Shown in pieces: positions 9,373 through 18,999 of a stretch of DNA of 32,000 nucleotides. Numbering within the stretch: position 1 is the first letter of the stretch; the number at the start of each line of letters is the position of its first letter. This stretch comes from Amoeboradix gromovi X-113 (Eukaryota > Fungi > Sanchytriomycota). The notes under the pieces are model-generated. The model did not search any database. It had not been told where the DNA came from and was given only the letters and a program-made list of their open reading frames with translations. Position numbers and translations under genes: made by a program. The stretch covers positions 973 to 32,972 of the forward strand of contig JADGIF010000029.1 in the NCBI GenBank assembly GCA_018985225.1, in the 5' to 3' direction.

Positions 9373-11205
9373 ATGGCGTCCGAATCAAATTCTAAACAAA
9401 TGGCTAGTTTAACCTGGCATGATGTAGAATATTCAGTCAAAACCAAGAAGGTTGAAAAGCAACTACTTAAGAAAATTAGTGGTGAATGTTTACCTGGTCA
9501 ACTAGTTGCCATTCTAGGCTCAAGTGGTGCTGGTAAATCCACGCTATTGAACGTTCTTAGTGGTAGGGCAACTGGAAATATATCTAGCTCTTCCCAAGTA
9601 CTAGTGAATGGCCAACCTCGGGACCCTGCAGACTGGCTTAAAATGACTTCTTTTGTTGAGCAAGATGATTTATTTTTCGAGAACATTACTTGCAACGAGT
9701 CCATTCAATTTAGTGCCGATCTTAAACTACCCCACTTAACATCTAAGCAGCGAAAACAGGTTGTAGAAGATACAATTAATGAGTTAGGACTCGTAAATGT
9801 AAAAAATTCCCCCATTGGAAATGCCAGTACACGTGGTATAAGTGGAGGCGAGCGAAAACGAGTGGCAATTGCTGTTGAATTAGTTACTGACCCTGCGATT
9901 ATATTTCTTGATGAACCCACTAGTGGCCTGGATTCATTTATTGCTTTAAATATCATAAAAACCTTGAAAGAAATGGCTGTATCTAAGAATAAGACCATCA
10001 TAATGACCATTCACCAACCTCGTGAAACCATTATTCAGTTGTTTGACAATATTATGCTTCTTAGTCAAGGGAAGATGGTTTTTTTTGGCAATTTAGAGCA
10101 AGGCATTAAACACTTCTCTGATCTCGGTTTTCCGTGCCCCGATAACACAAATCCTGCAAATTTCTTTTTGGATTGTATAACAGAAGACTACAGGTCTCCG
10201 GAGCTGCAAGAGTCATCAAAGTTGCGAATTACGAAACTGCAAGATAACTGGTACTCCGACACAAAGCTGCAAAATCCTAAATTAGAATCCTCTGATTACA
10301 ACAAGTCATTTAAAATGACTTTAATGAAATTTAATGCTTCATGGCCATATGAAATGATTCTGCTGCTACAACGCGATTATAAGAACATATTTAGAAATGC
10401 TTCGACATTCGGTGCCACTATTGGAGGTGGGTTGGTTTCTTTGCTAATATTTAGCATTATCTACCATGACACGTCTGACAGTCCTGCGGGTATTCAGAAC
10501 AGACAAGGGTTGATATTTAATGTATGTATTAATGCGATGTTTGGTAGTTTAAATGTTATTAATTATTTTCCTGCTGAAAAACCTATAATTCGAAAGGAGA
10601 GATCTGCTGGGATGTACAGAGCACCCAGTGCATATTTATCAAAGGTTTTCGCTTATTTTCCGTTGATAGTACTGCAGGTCGTAGTGCTAAGTGTCCCGCT
10701 GTACTGGATAGTGGGACTACGGAACGATGTTGTTATATTTCTGATTTATGTGCTGGTTATATTTATAACAACGATAACAGCTACATTCATGGGATTTATG
10801 TAATTAAACGATTAACGTAGGATAGGTGCATGGGCGCCCAATGTCACTGTAGGTCAGATTTTTGGACCAATGATTGCCATCTTGTTCATGGTATTTGGTG
10901 GATTATTTGCAAATCTGGACTCTATAACACCTGTGATAAGATGGATACAGTACATATCACTAGTAGCAAATGCAAATAAAGCGCTAAACCAGAATGAATT
11001 TGATGGGACAGAGTACAGCTGTGCGAAAGAAGTCCAGGGCAAGTGTGTATCATTGACTGGAGAAGACATAGTCAAGAATTCAAGTTTAAACACACCTGGG
11101 TTATGGATAGTTACATTGGTCAACATTGGAATGATTTGTGTATTTTGCGTAATTGGAATGATTGGATTTTACAAGACAACACGACCACAAATCAAGCTGA
11201 AGTAG
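9373..11205 (+). CDS. ABCG (White-like) half transporter; exons 9373-10799 and 10821-11205
   Basis: Walker A GSSGAGKST, signature ISGGERKRV, FLDEPTSGLDS and TIHQP. Removing the 21-nt GT-AG intron at 10800-10820 joins the two ORFs in frame (GFM-IGAWAPNV). Confidence 0.94.
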
Positions 11206-11474
11206 CTACAATAAACACAACATTGACTTAAACAATCCCCAATCTTCTTAGGATCAAGTCAATGCAGCCATGACACTCAATAATTTATTCCAAATCGACT
11301 CTCTTAGCAGTTTCTATCTAGGTACATATTGATTAATCCAAATAGAAATGAAATTTAAATCAGTTTTATTAACCCGTCACCTTAATGTTCTCTTAACATG
11401 TAACGTCTAAACTGAACTAAATGAGTAAAATGTACGTTATATGTTTTGTCTTTAACATGCCTCTGATCGGTACT

Positions 11475-11600
11475 CCTCAATAAAAGTCCTAATTAACGAG
11501 AAAATCGAGAATTTCCACAGAGAAACTAACAATGCTAGATGCTCCGTTGCAGTGCCTGCTCACGCTCTCACTACTCATAGGCGGGATTGAATAAGGATGC
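11475..11600 (-). ncRNA. Putative omegaRNA scaffold (copy B)
   Basis: Same conserved block, with hairpin AGUG-aga-GC-GUGA-GC-agg-CACU, ending in GAGG. Confidence 0.55.
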
Positions 11601-11815
11601 ATATACTTGATGTATATGTTCCTTGCAGCCATATGGTCTCTATCTATCTTCAAATGACAGTTAGTTGGTACAGGTTCAGGTTTCTAAGTTGGTTTCTTTA
11701 GAGTACCATACCTCGTACATGTCTGACTAGTAAATGATTCATTTCATTCGACCATCGTCTTTCCTCTTTGTTTACACTTGAACTTCAAGCATTCCTTGAA
11801 TAAATTATGCAGATA
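11490..11815 (-). pseudogene. Fanzor2/TnpB C-terminal remnant (zinc finger plus RuvC-III)
   Basis: ESFTSQTCxx(C>Y)G ... C..IDRDxxAARNI motif order, with in-frame stop codons. Confidence 0.88.
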
Positions 11816-12191
11816 TCACTGTCTAGGCATTGAAAGACATCTAATTCTTCCATGTTTGGATCAGTTCCTCAGTGTTGATGAATGTACACTACAACTATTA
11901 GTTATTTCTTTAGATTCCATTTACCATCTGCGAAGATAAAGAATATCGAGTGTTTAAGCTGTTGGAAAAATCTGGAAAAGTCATGAAATTATATAGAAAT
12001 GCATACAAATTCGCGATAAATGATTTATTCAAGAAAACAGTCGACCTGACCCCAAATTTTCTTAATTTTCTAAAAATAGTAATCAATTACTGCTCTATTT
12101 CCCATTTTATTATATTTAATTGAGGATGAGTAGTGGACAGTATCTCGGATCTGTCACAAATATATGATACTGTATAATCAAACAATACGAT

Positions 12192-13721
12192 CTATATGAG
12201 TTGATAAATTACAAAATTGCACTCTTTCACTTGGTTCGGAGTTCTAGCTCTAAAAAGCCACTTTGTTTGAATTTCAATGTTTTTGAGAAATTCAACCTCG
12301 ACGTTGGGTAAGTTATCCTTCTTCAGAGTCTTAACCTTGAAACTCGAATCACTGAATTTAAACCCAATATAATACTTTTCATCAGAATAAAAGTTGAAGG
12401 AAGAATCTGGAACAATTTTCATTGCCTCGATAAATTTGTTTCCTTCTTTTCTGAATAAGTAGGCAAAATCGGACAATTCGTTATTGGATGATAGCATATA
12501 GCTGCTCTTTCCATTTTCTCTTTTCAGTTGGTAAAAGTCGCTCACCCAATATTTCCAACCTTTGACGCAAATCTCATCTTTTTTTGAATCTGGAACATGC
12601 AGGTTTATTTCTTGCTTAACACCGTACATTCCTATTCCGGTGTTCTTTTCCAAATTTGGGGGAATATCCGACTCTGGAATAAGATTTAAAATAAGATCTA
12701 AAATGTGGATCACTTTGGCATCGTAAGGCAAAAGAGATCCGGAGATAGTTGACGAAGAACTCGAACTATCGAAATTAGAGCTGGTGTGACCGATGTCAAA
12801 CCCAACTGAAGTTTTGAAGAATATGGCATCTGCTCCAACATCGGCTTTTAAAGCCCAGTCTCTCGCATTTGCTTTACTTGAAACATCAATTGAGCTGGAA
12901 CCTGTGCTTATCCTGCCTAGGTAACCCTCAACAAGGACAAATTCTCCGTATTTCTTTATAAAGTCTTGCAACTTTTTAGTAGAGATTATGCCGTTAATCA
13001 TTATTTTTTCTTTCAATTCAATGTAAAGTTGGCCGAAAGTGACTAATCTTCTATTCTGGGATCCAGAAACTGTCAAAGATTTGGATCTCTCGGCATTGTA
13101 TATTGCAACTTTTGATGTAGAATAACCTACTAGGAAATTAAACGATAATCTGTCAGAACTGCCTTTCGAGATAAGAGAACCAAAAGATGAAATTAAAGAC
13201 GATTCATTTTCATCTTGAAAATCTTCGTATATGCGATTAAAATCGAATTCCATGATATTTGCAAATGATGGGCCGGGTGTCAAAAACGCGTAGTCAGATG
13301 ACAATTTATAGCAATAAAGATGCCTTATTTTTCTGAGTTCCAAATGACCTCTAATGATTCGTGCCCATTCTTCAACATTTGAAACTATGCGGACAGGGGA
13401 TAACCTAAATTTAAACTGGATTGAGTTGACTACACCAAAGGATCTAACAATTTCAATTTCCAAATCATTGTCTAACAGAAACAATATACTGTCATTCCTA
13501 TACAAGTAGTGCTTTTCACATTGATGGAGTACCGTCAATAATACCTCTGGGTTCAAACTCATTAGATTACTCTGTATCATATCCTTAACAAGGACGAAAT
13601 TCTTTGCATTGCAATAAACGAGAGTCACCAAAAGACCGTTAACAAACTCTTGAGATATCGCAGGATCATCGGGTTTATTACTATGTTCAATCAGCTCGGA
13701 AAAGCTAAAGTAGGGGCCCAT
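12192..13721 (-). CDS. Hypothetical protein with possible divergent MACPF-like domain
   Basis: 509-aa ORF. LQDFIKKYGEFVLVEGYLGR resembles the MACPF F..YGxHx6GG signature and is followed by Ser/Gly-rich amphipathic beta segments. The ORF is secure; the domain call is tentative. Confidence 0.55.
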   Translation of the reverse strand: MGPYFSFSELIEHSNKPDDPAISQEFVNGLLVTLVYCNAKNFVLVKDMIQSNLMSLNPEVLLTVLHQCEKHYLYRNDSILFLLDNDLEIEIVRSFGVVNSIQFKFRLSPVRIVSNVEEWARIIRGHLELRKIRHLYCYKLSSDYAFLTPGPSFANIMEFDFNRIYEDFQDENESSLISSFGSLISKGSSDRLSFNFLVGYSTSKVAIYNAERSKSLTVSGSQNRRLVTFGQLYIELKEKIMINGIISTKKLQDFIKKYGEFVLVEGYLGRISTGSSSIDVSSKANARDWALKADVGADAIFFKTSVGFDIGHTSSNFDSSSSSSTISGSLLPYDAKVIHILDLILNLIPESDIPPNLEKNTGIGMYGVKQEINLHVPDSKKDEICVKGWKYWVSDFYQLKRENGKSSYMLSSNNELSDFAYLFRKEGNKFIEAMKIVPDSSFNFYSDEKYYIGFKFSDSSFKVKTLKKDNLPNVEVEFLKNIEIQTKWLFRARTPNQVKECNFVIYQLI

Positions 13722-13737
13722 TAGTTTTACTCCCTAA

Positions 13738-14391
13738 ATGTCAAATTATTCTGAAGAATTTTTAAAAGTCATGGAAAGCTGCTACATCTCATTGAGCAAA
13801 GATGAGTATAAACAAATTCGTGCTAAAAATACTGCAGCTGCAGATTTCCGAAAAATTCTGAGCGAAAAGAATGACTATTATAAAAAGAAGACTGTCAGAG
13901 AATTACAAGAATGTCGCGACAAGGTGGACGCATTCGGTTATGAACTCACGAAAGAAGATCACGAAAATCTGTTTTGTGTTCTTACAAGTGCTCACCTTCT
14001 CGCTTTAATTAGGGAAAGACCTTTGGAGGAACAATTTCCAAAAAATGTAAAAGACGTCCAAAAGCTGCAAGGCATCGCTGAAGTGCTAAAAGAGAAGGAT
14101 CCAAACATCCGAGCTAGTAATAAAGATATTCTCATGGGTAACAAGACATTTAGAGTCAATGAAATATTGGACAACCCAGAAAGAATATACGCACAATTTG
14201 ACAAATCTGATAAAATTTATGATGCTGATTTTGCTATTTTAAGAGAAATTGTAGCAAACCCAGAGTTAATAGACAAAGCACAGGAGTCGAAAAGTCATGG
14301 CTACAGGTCCTTTCAAAATAAGTTTGGTACAAATTTTCCAGTTGATAAAGTCCAAAAGCTGCGTACTGAACATCCGAGCCTATTTAAATAA
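13738..14391 (+). CDS. Hypothetical charged helical protein
   Basis: 217-aa ATG ORF whose stop codon overlaps AATAAA. No motif recognised. Confidence 0.7.
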   Translation: MSNYSEEFLKVMESCYISLSKDEYKQIRAKNTAAADFRKILSEKNDYYKKKTVRELQECRDKVDAFGYELTKEDHENLFCVLTSAHLLALIRERPLEEQFPKNVKDVQKLQGIAEVLKEKDPNIRASNKDILMGNKTFRVNEILDNPERIYAQFDKSDKIYDADFAILREIVANPELIDKAQESKSHGYRSFQNKFGTNFPVDKVQKLRTEHPSLFK

Positions 14392-14445
14392 ACTGCGGGT
14401 TGTCTTCAAGTTGGTGCTATGAGGAGCAGTTGAGAGATCATTAAT

Positions 14446-14491
14446 GGGACACCAAATGGGACCTGATCTGACAAAATGTCCCTAACTCCAA
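14446..14491 (+). repeat. Partial Sola1-type TIR (gggacaccaaat) abutting a second transposon-end-like motif
   Basis: The first 12 bp of the TIR are followed by gggacctgatctgacaaaatgtccctaactccaa, which recurs at 16329-16359. Confidence 0.75.
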
Positions 14492-14650
14492 TTTTAATAA
14501 ATTTCTATTTATTGCGAAATCAAGTAGCTTAAATCGTAAACTATCACCTGTTCAAAGTAGAATTTTATTATACCAACACCTCTTGAAGTTATACCATTTC
14601 TCCGTCTGATAAACTCGTAACTCAAGTCTTATTCTAAGATAGTCCCTAAC

Positions 14651-16276
14651 TTGGTTCAGCCAATCAAAAAAAAATATTTTTATAGGACAAAGCATGAGAT
14701 AACTGTTAGCTATGACGGAATTGAATCGTCTCTATCTTTTGATGAAGGAAAAATGGCTGGACATTTACGTACAAAGCTAGCAGAACTTACTAAAGAAAAA
14801 CTAGAATTAATTGAAATTTATTATGGCGGAATTAAGATGATTGGAGGAGAATTATTGGTAGCAAATGCTATTTATGAATATAGATATTCAACAGATCAAA
14901 AAGAGTCCTTTAAAACTACGACTAAACAAGCGAAAGATATTTTAAGTCGTTCAAAACAAAAAGAAATTCCTGAGTTGATTAAGACATTTTCTTCGCAATC
15001 TGTCGACATAAATGATGAAGCATTGACCAGTGCATCCGATGAGCTTCAAATGCAATCTGCCATCATTGATTTTCTTAAAAACCTTTGCGAAGAGAAATGT
15101 TTGCTATCATTTCACGATACTTCTGCAAAACCAATTATTGGATCAAATCGAAAGCCTGATGTCACTTGTGTGTCTAAATCGATTACTGGGCATCCTTCTT
15201 TGAGTATGGTTGTTACAGTGATTGAATTAAAATTTGAATGGGATAAATCTTCGAGTAAGAAGTATAAAGAAGCAGTTCAGCAGGCATATACATTTGCAGA
15301 GGAAGTTTTCAAATGTCAACCAAGTCGTAGCATGTTTTATGCCATTGTAACAGATATTAAGGAGACACAAATATGGAAATACTTTAATGGTAAGTCAAAA
15401 TTAGAATGCCAATGTAGCCAACTTCTTGATTGGACAAGCGCTAAACCAGTAATTAAACACTTACTAACACAATCACTAATGGAATTGGGTTTTACTAAAT
15501 GTTTGACCTCTTCCATAGGTAACATTTCAGATATTGAGAGTATCAAGGCCAAATATTCTAACAGTAGTGCTCGGGTATTCCGATGTAGATATAAAGACTC
15601 TGAACAAATTGTTCTTAAATGCCGTTTTAGTTCAATGTTGATTGACTATGAGCGAAAAGTGATGAATGAGCTTATTCATGATAACATTGCTAAATCCTCG
15701 GAAGTATTTAAAGGCATCATTGATTTTGTACATTATCACTATATTCAAATTCGTCCATGTGGTCAAGTATTTGATAGAGAACATAAAGCTATAGCAAATG
15801 ATGTTTACACAAAACTGAAAGGAGCACTTGAATTTGCTCATAAGAGTGGATATTGCCACAGAGATGTTAAACCAATGAATATCGTTATTCATACTGATAA
15901 CACACCTATATTGATTGACTGGGAACTGGCAGTCGAGTCTGATACAGATGTTGAATTTGAACTATCATTTACGTGGGCATTTGCATCAGACGAGTATTTG
16001 AAACTTATATTTCAAACTGAAAAAGCCAATTTTAAAAAAGAATATGATTTTGATTCTTTATTGTATTCAATAATATATGTTAAAATAGATCTCTGGCCAA
16101 CAATTCGATTGGAAAGTATTGAATCCGTGAAGAATTTTATTCAAAAACGACAGAAAATAGTGGACAACATATTAAATCGAGAACCAGAATTTCGAGAATT
16201 AGTCAATCCTCGAATCAATAACGACTTGGATATTGTGCCAAAAATGGATGGATTGAAAATCTTGGACACCAAATAA
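14651..16276 (+). CDS. Crinkler-type effector: ubiquitin-like header, PD-(D/E)xK nuclease and protein kinase (start uncertain)
   Basis: Beta-grasp-like N-terminus, RKPDVT...VIELK...QQAYTFA nuclease motifs, and kinase motifs IVLK, HRDVKPMN, IDWELA and YDFDSLLYS. Confidence 0.8.
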   Translation: MVQPIKKKYFYRTKHEITVSYDGIESSLSFDEGKMAGHLRTKLAELTKEKLELIEIYYGGIKMIGGELLVANAIYEYRYSTDQKESFKTTTKQAKDILSRSKQKEIPELIKTFSSQSVDINDEALTSASDELQMQSAIIDFLKNLCEEKCLLSFHDTSAKPIIGSNRKPDVTCVSKSITGHPSLSMVVTVIELKFEWDKSSSKKYKEAVQQAYTFAEEVFKCQPSRSMFYAIVTDIKETQIWKYFNGKSKLECQCSQLLDWTSAKPVIKHLLTQSLMELGFTKCLTSSIGNISDIESIKAKYSNSSARVFRCRYKDSEQIVLKCRFSSMLIDYERKVMNELIHDNIAKSSEVFKGIIDFVHYHYIQIRPCGQVFDREHKAIANDVYTKLKGALEFAHKSGYCHRDVKPMNIVIHTDNTPILIDWELAVESDTDVEFELSFTWAFASDEYLKLIFQTEKANFKKEYDFDSLLYSIIYVKIDLWPTIRLESIESVKNFIQKRQKIVDNILNREPEFRELVNPRINNDLDIVPKMDGLKILDTK

Positions 16277-16328
16277 ATTGAATGCAGTAATTCGTTTTTT
16301 AATTTAACTATGTAAAATTGATATTTAA

Positions 16329-16359
16329 GACCTAATCTGACAAAATGTCCTAACTCCAA
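16329..16359 (+). repeat. Direct-repeat copy of the 14460-14491 motif; possible Merlin left end
   Basis: gacctaatctgacaaaatgtcctaactccaa, about 45 bp upstream of the Merlin relic ATG. Confidence 0.7.
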
Positions 16360-16402
16360 ATGGATATACTATAGTAAAGCAACAAGAGGGCAAAGGAGAA
16401 AG

Positions 16403-16743
16403 ATGAATCGAGATTTACCATGGGTGAACGTGAATGAAGACGACTACATTCAATATTGCTTTGACAATAATTTACTTTACAAAGAGTTGCAGTGTTCAAT
16501 TTGCCAATCATCTATGAATTTGAAGATCAATCAAAAAGCATTTCGTTGTATAAATTCTTGTTGTAGCAAAAAATCATTATAAGATACGATAACTTCTTTT
16601 CGATGTCCAAATTGAAGTTCAGCCACATTCTTTTGGTCTCATACTATTAGGTCCACTCTGTACCAACAAATTCTGTGATCTCTATGACAGGGCATTCGCC
16701 CAGCACAGTAGTTTCATTTTTTCAAATATACAAGGTGTTATGA
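16403..16743 (+). pseudogene. Merlin/IS1595-family transposase N-terminal relic
   Basis: CSICQSSM...FRCINSCCSKK, then after a frameshift IRYDNFFSMSKLKFSHILLVSYY*...TGHSPSTVVSFF. This is the zinc ribbon plus HTH typical of Merlin transposases; the DDE core is missing. Confidence 0.78.
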
Positions 16744-16904
16744 TCTCCACAGAGTTGTTGAGCTATCAGTAGTCATACGGGAGCTGTTGTGACTCCCTGT
16801 AAAGTCATAGGATTGTACAACCCCTGAGTCATGTCATCATGGACTTGGGAGTCCAACAAGGGATTCCTCCTAGGTCACAAGTGAGCATCGTGATCCCTGG
16901 ATGT

Positions 16905-16912
16905 TATAAATA
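16905..16912 (+). promoter_or_regulatory. TATA-like box of the transposase gene
   Basis: TATAAATA about 27 nt upstream of ATG 16939. Confidence 0.4.
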
Positions 16913-16938
16913 GAGTGTTTATCTTTAGTAAATAACTT

Positions 16939-18999
16939 ATGACTTCCAACGCTACTTCACCTCGAAATAGAGATTCTACAAGAGAATCTACAAGAGATCC
17001 CAGTGAGAATCCAAACATGACGCACCATCTACTATCAACTCAAAATCCATTTAATACACAGGAAAGCTATTTCGTATCTCCTAACGTAGAAACGTTTGAT
17101 GATATGACATCGTCTAGTAATCATTCAGAATCTGATGAGGAACAAATAGACATTGTGGAAAATTGGGTAAATGAATCTACTCACCTTGAATGTTGTCAGA
17201 AGAGATGTTTACGAGGGAAAGATAATGAACTAACACACTTTAGAATCAACTATTTAAGTTGGACAAGTGAACAAAGAAAATCATGCACGAAAACAATTGT
17301 CTACTGCTCTAGAAGAAAGAATCAAAGTAATCCAACTACTGGACGTGAAGTCCTTCAATACACTTTCTATCCTTTTCAGGAGGTATGTGTTAATGCCATT
17401 ACAAGATTATTTAGTATTAATCATAAGACAGTGAAGAGATGGCTACATAACTTTAAACATGATGGCCTACAATTGAAATCACATGGTAATACACGTAGAG
17501 AACCTTCTCATGCATTGTCAAGTATATTGAAGGAAGATATAGCTGAGTGGCTTACAGCCTTTGCAAATCGAGAAGGTGAACAACGACCAGGTCAGTGGAG
17601 AAATAATGGTCAATTGGTAAGAGATACAAGTACCTACACAGTCATTCCATCTCACTATATGATTCAAGCAATCTACAACCTGTATCTTTCAGATAATCAA
17701 GTTAGTGTAAGCTACTCAACCTTTAAACGACTCTTTGACCTACAGCCTGTTAAAATCCAAACACCCAAGTCTGATATCTGTGATGAATGTACACAACTCA
17801 AATTGAAAATCACTCAATGTGTAGATGAAATGACATTGACAGAGTTAAATCAAGTACTCTCAACTCATTTGAAAGAAGCAAGATACACTAGAGAAGAGTA
17901 TCATGTAGACTCAAGACAAGAAGAAGTTACACACCTTTCATTTGATTATGCTCAGAATCTATGGTTACCTCATCTTGCTAATCAACCTGCTTCCTTTTAC
18001 TTCATGTCATTGTTAAATGTATGTGTTTTTGGAATATTAGATGAAAAAAAGAATGTTCAGATGAATTATATTTACAATGAAGGTCAAGGTAAGAAAGGAA
18101 GTAACAATGTCATGTCAATGTTAATTCATTATTATTATAAATTAAGACCTGAGAAACGAAGACAAATTGTTTGTCACTGTGACAACTGTACAGGTCAGAA
18201 TAAAAATAATTGTACCGTCAAGATGTTATGTTGGCTAGTTCTTCAAGGACATTCAGAGGATATTCAATTGAAGTTTATGGTACGTGGACATACAAAGTTT
18301 GGTCCTGATTCTCATTTTGGTGTGATCAAGAAAGCTTTTCAATTAAGAGATTGTTATACCCTTGATCATGTTTGTAATACAATCAATGACTCCTCAGAGG
18401 AAATGAATCAATGTTATATTTTTCCAAGTAGAAAGTTTAAAGATTATAGAAGTTCTTTGGATCGTATCTTCAATGACGTGAAGAGCATTACAAGTTATCA
18501 ATGTTTCTGGTTCAACAAGGATTGGAAAGGAAAAGTCAAGGTAAGAAAATCTGTGAATGATGAATTTGAGATGATTGATTTACTTAAGATATCATTAGCC
18601 TCTTACACTTTTTATCCTCAACAGCTGGAAGTTCCTGGACTTAAGATGATTAAGAAGGAAGGATTGTATACAAAAGTACGTCCATTTATTCCTGAAGCAT
18701 TTAAAGATATTTTATGTCCTAGACCTACTGTTGTTCAAAATGAAGATGAAGTTGAGTTAGAAGTAACTGAAAGAGTGGAAGATGAAAGCAATACTGTTGT
18801 AGATGTAGGTGTAGATCCAAATGTAAATCTTAAGAAACGTAGAATAACTAATGCGGATGAAATTCGAAAGCTGACAAGTGTGTTCAGTATAAATCCAAAT
18901 CCAGATAAACAAGTATTGGAAACTCTAGCAGTTGATCTTGGATGGGACATTCAACGTGTTAGTTTTTGGTTTGGAAACAAGAGAAAGAGAACAAAATGA
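16939..18999 (+). CDS. Intact Sola1-type DDD transposase with C-terminal homeodomain
   Basis: Motifs CCxxxC, HGN, DICDEC, SFDYAQN, CDNCTGQNKNN and GHTKFGPDSHFG. The C-terminus KKRRIT...LTSVFSINPNP...LAVDLGWDIQRVSFWFGNKRKR is a homeodomain. Confidence 0.88.
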   Translation: MTSNATSPRNRDSTRESTRDPSENPNMTHHLLSTQNPFNTQESYFVSPNVETFDDMTSSSNHSESDEEQIDIVENWVNESTHLECCQKRCLRGKDNELTHFRINYLSWTSEQRKSCTKTIVYCSRRKNQSNPTTGREVLQYTFYPFQEVCVNAITRLFSINHKTVKRWLHNFKHDGLQLKSHGNTRREPSHALSSILKEDIAEWLTAFANREGEQRPGQWRNNGQLVRDTSTYTVIPSHYMIQAIYNLYLSDNQVSVSYSTFKRLFDLQPVKIQTPKSDICDECTQLKLKITQCVDEMTLTELNQVLSTHLKEARYTREEYHVDSRQEEVTHLSFDYAQNLWLPHLANQPASFYFMSLLNVCVFGILDEKKNVQMNYIYNEGQGKKGSNNVMSMLIHYYYKLRPEKRRQIVCHCDNCTGQNKNNCTVKMLCWLVLQGHSEDIQLKFMVRGHTKFGPDSHFGVIKKAFQLRDCYTLDHVCNTINDSSEEMNQCYIFPSRKFKDYRSSLDRIFNDVKSITSYQCFWFNKDWKGKVKVRKSVNDEFEMIDLLKISLASYTFYPQQLEVPGLKMIKKEGLYTKVRPFIPEAFKDILCPRPTVVQNEDEVELEVTERVEDESNTVVDVGVDPNVNLKKRRITNADEIRKLTSVFSINPNPDKQVLETLAVDLGWDIQRVSFWFGNKRKRTK

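Larger units (their letters stand above)
11475..12046 (-). mobile_element. IS607/Fanzor2-like element, internally deleted copy B
   Basis: One stop-interrupted frame from ATG at 11920. TnpA HTH MESKEITNSCSVHSSTLRN*SKHGRIRCLSMP is fused to the Fanzor C-terminus HNLFKECLKFKCKQRGKTMVE*NESFTSQTCTRYG...NCHLKIDRDHMAARNIYIKY. Both ends align with copy A. Confidence 0.88.
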
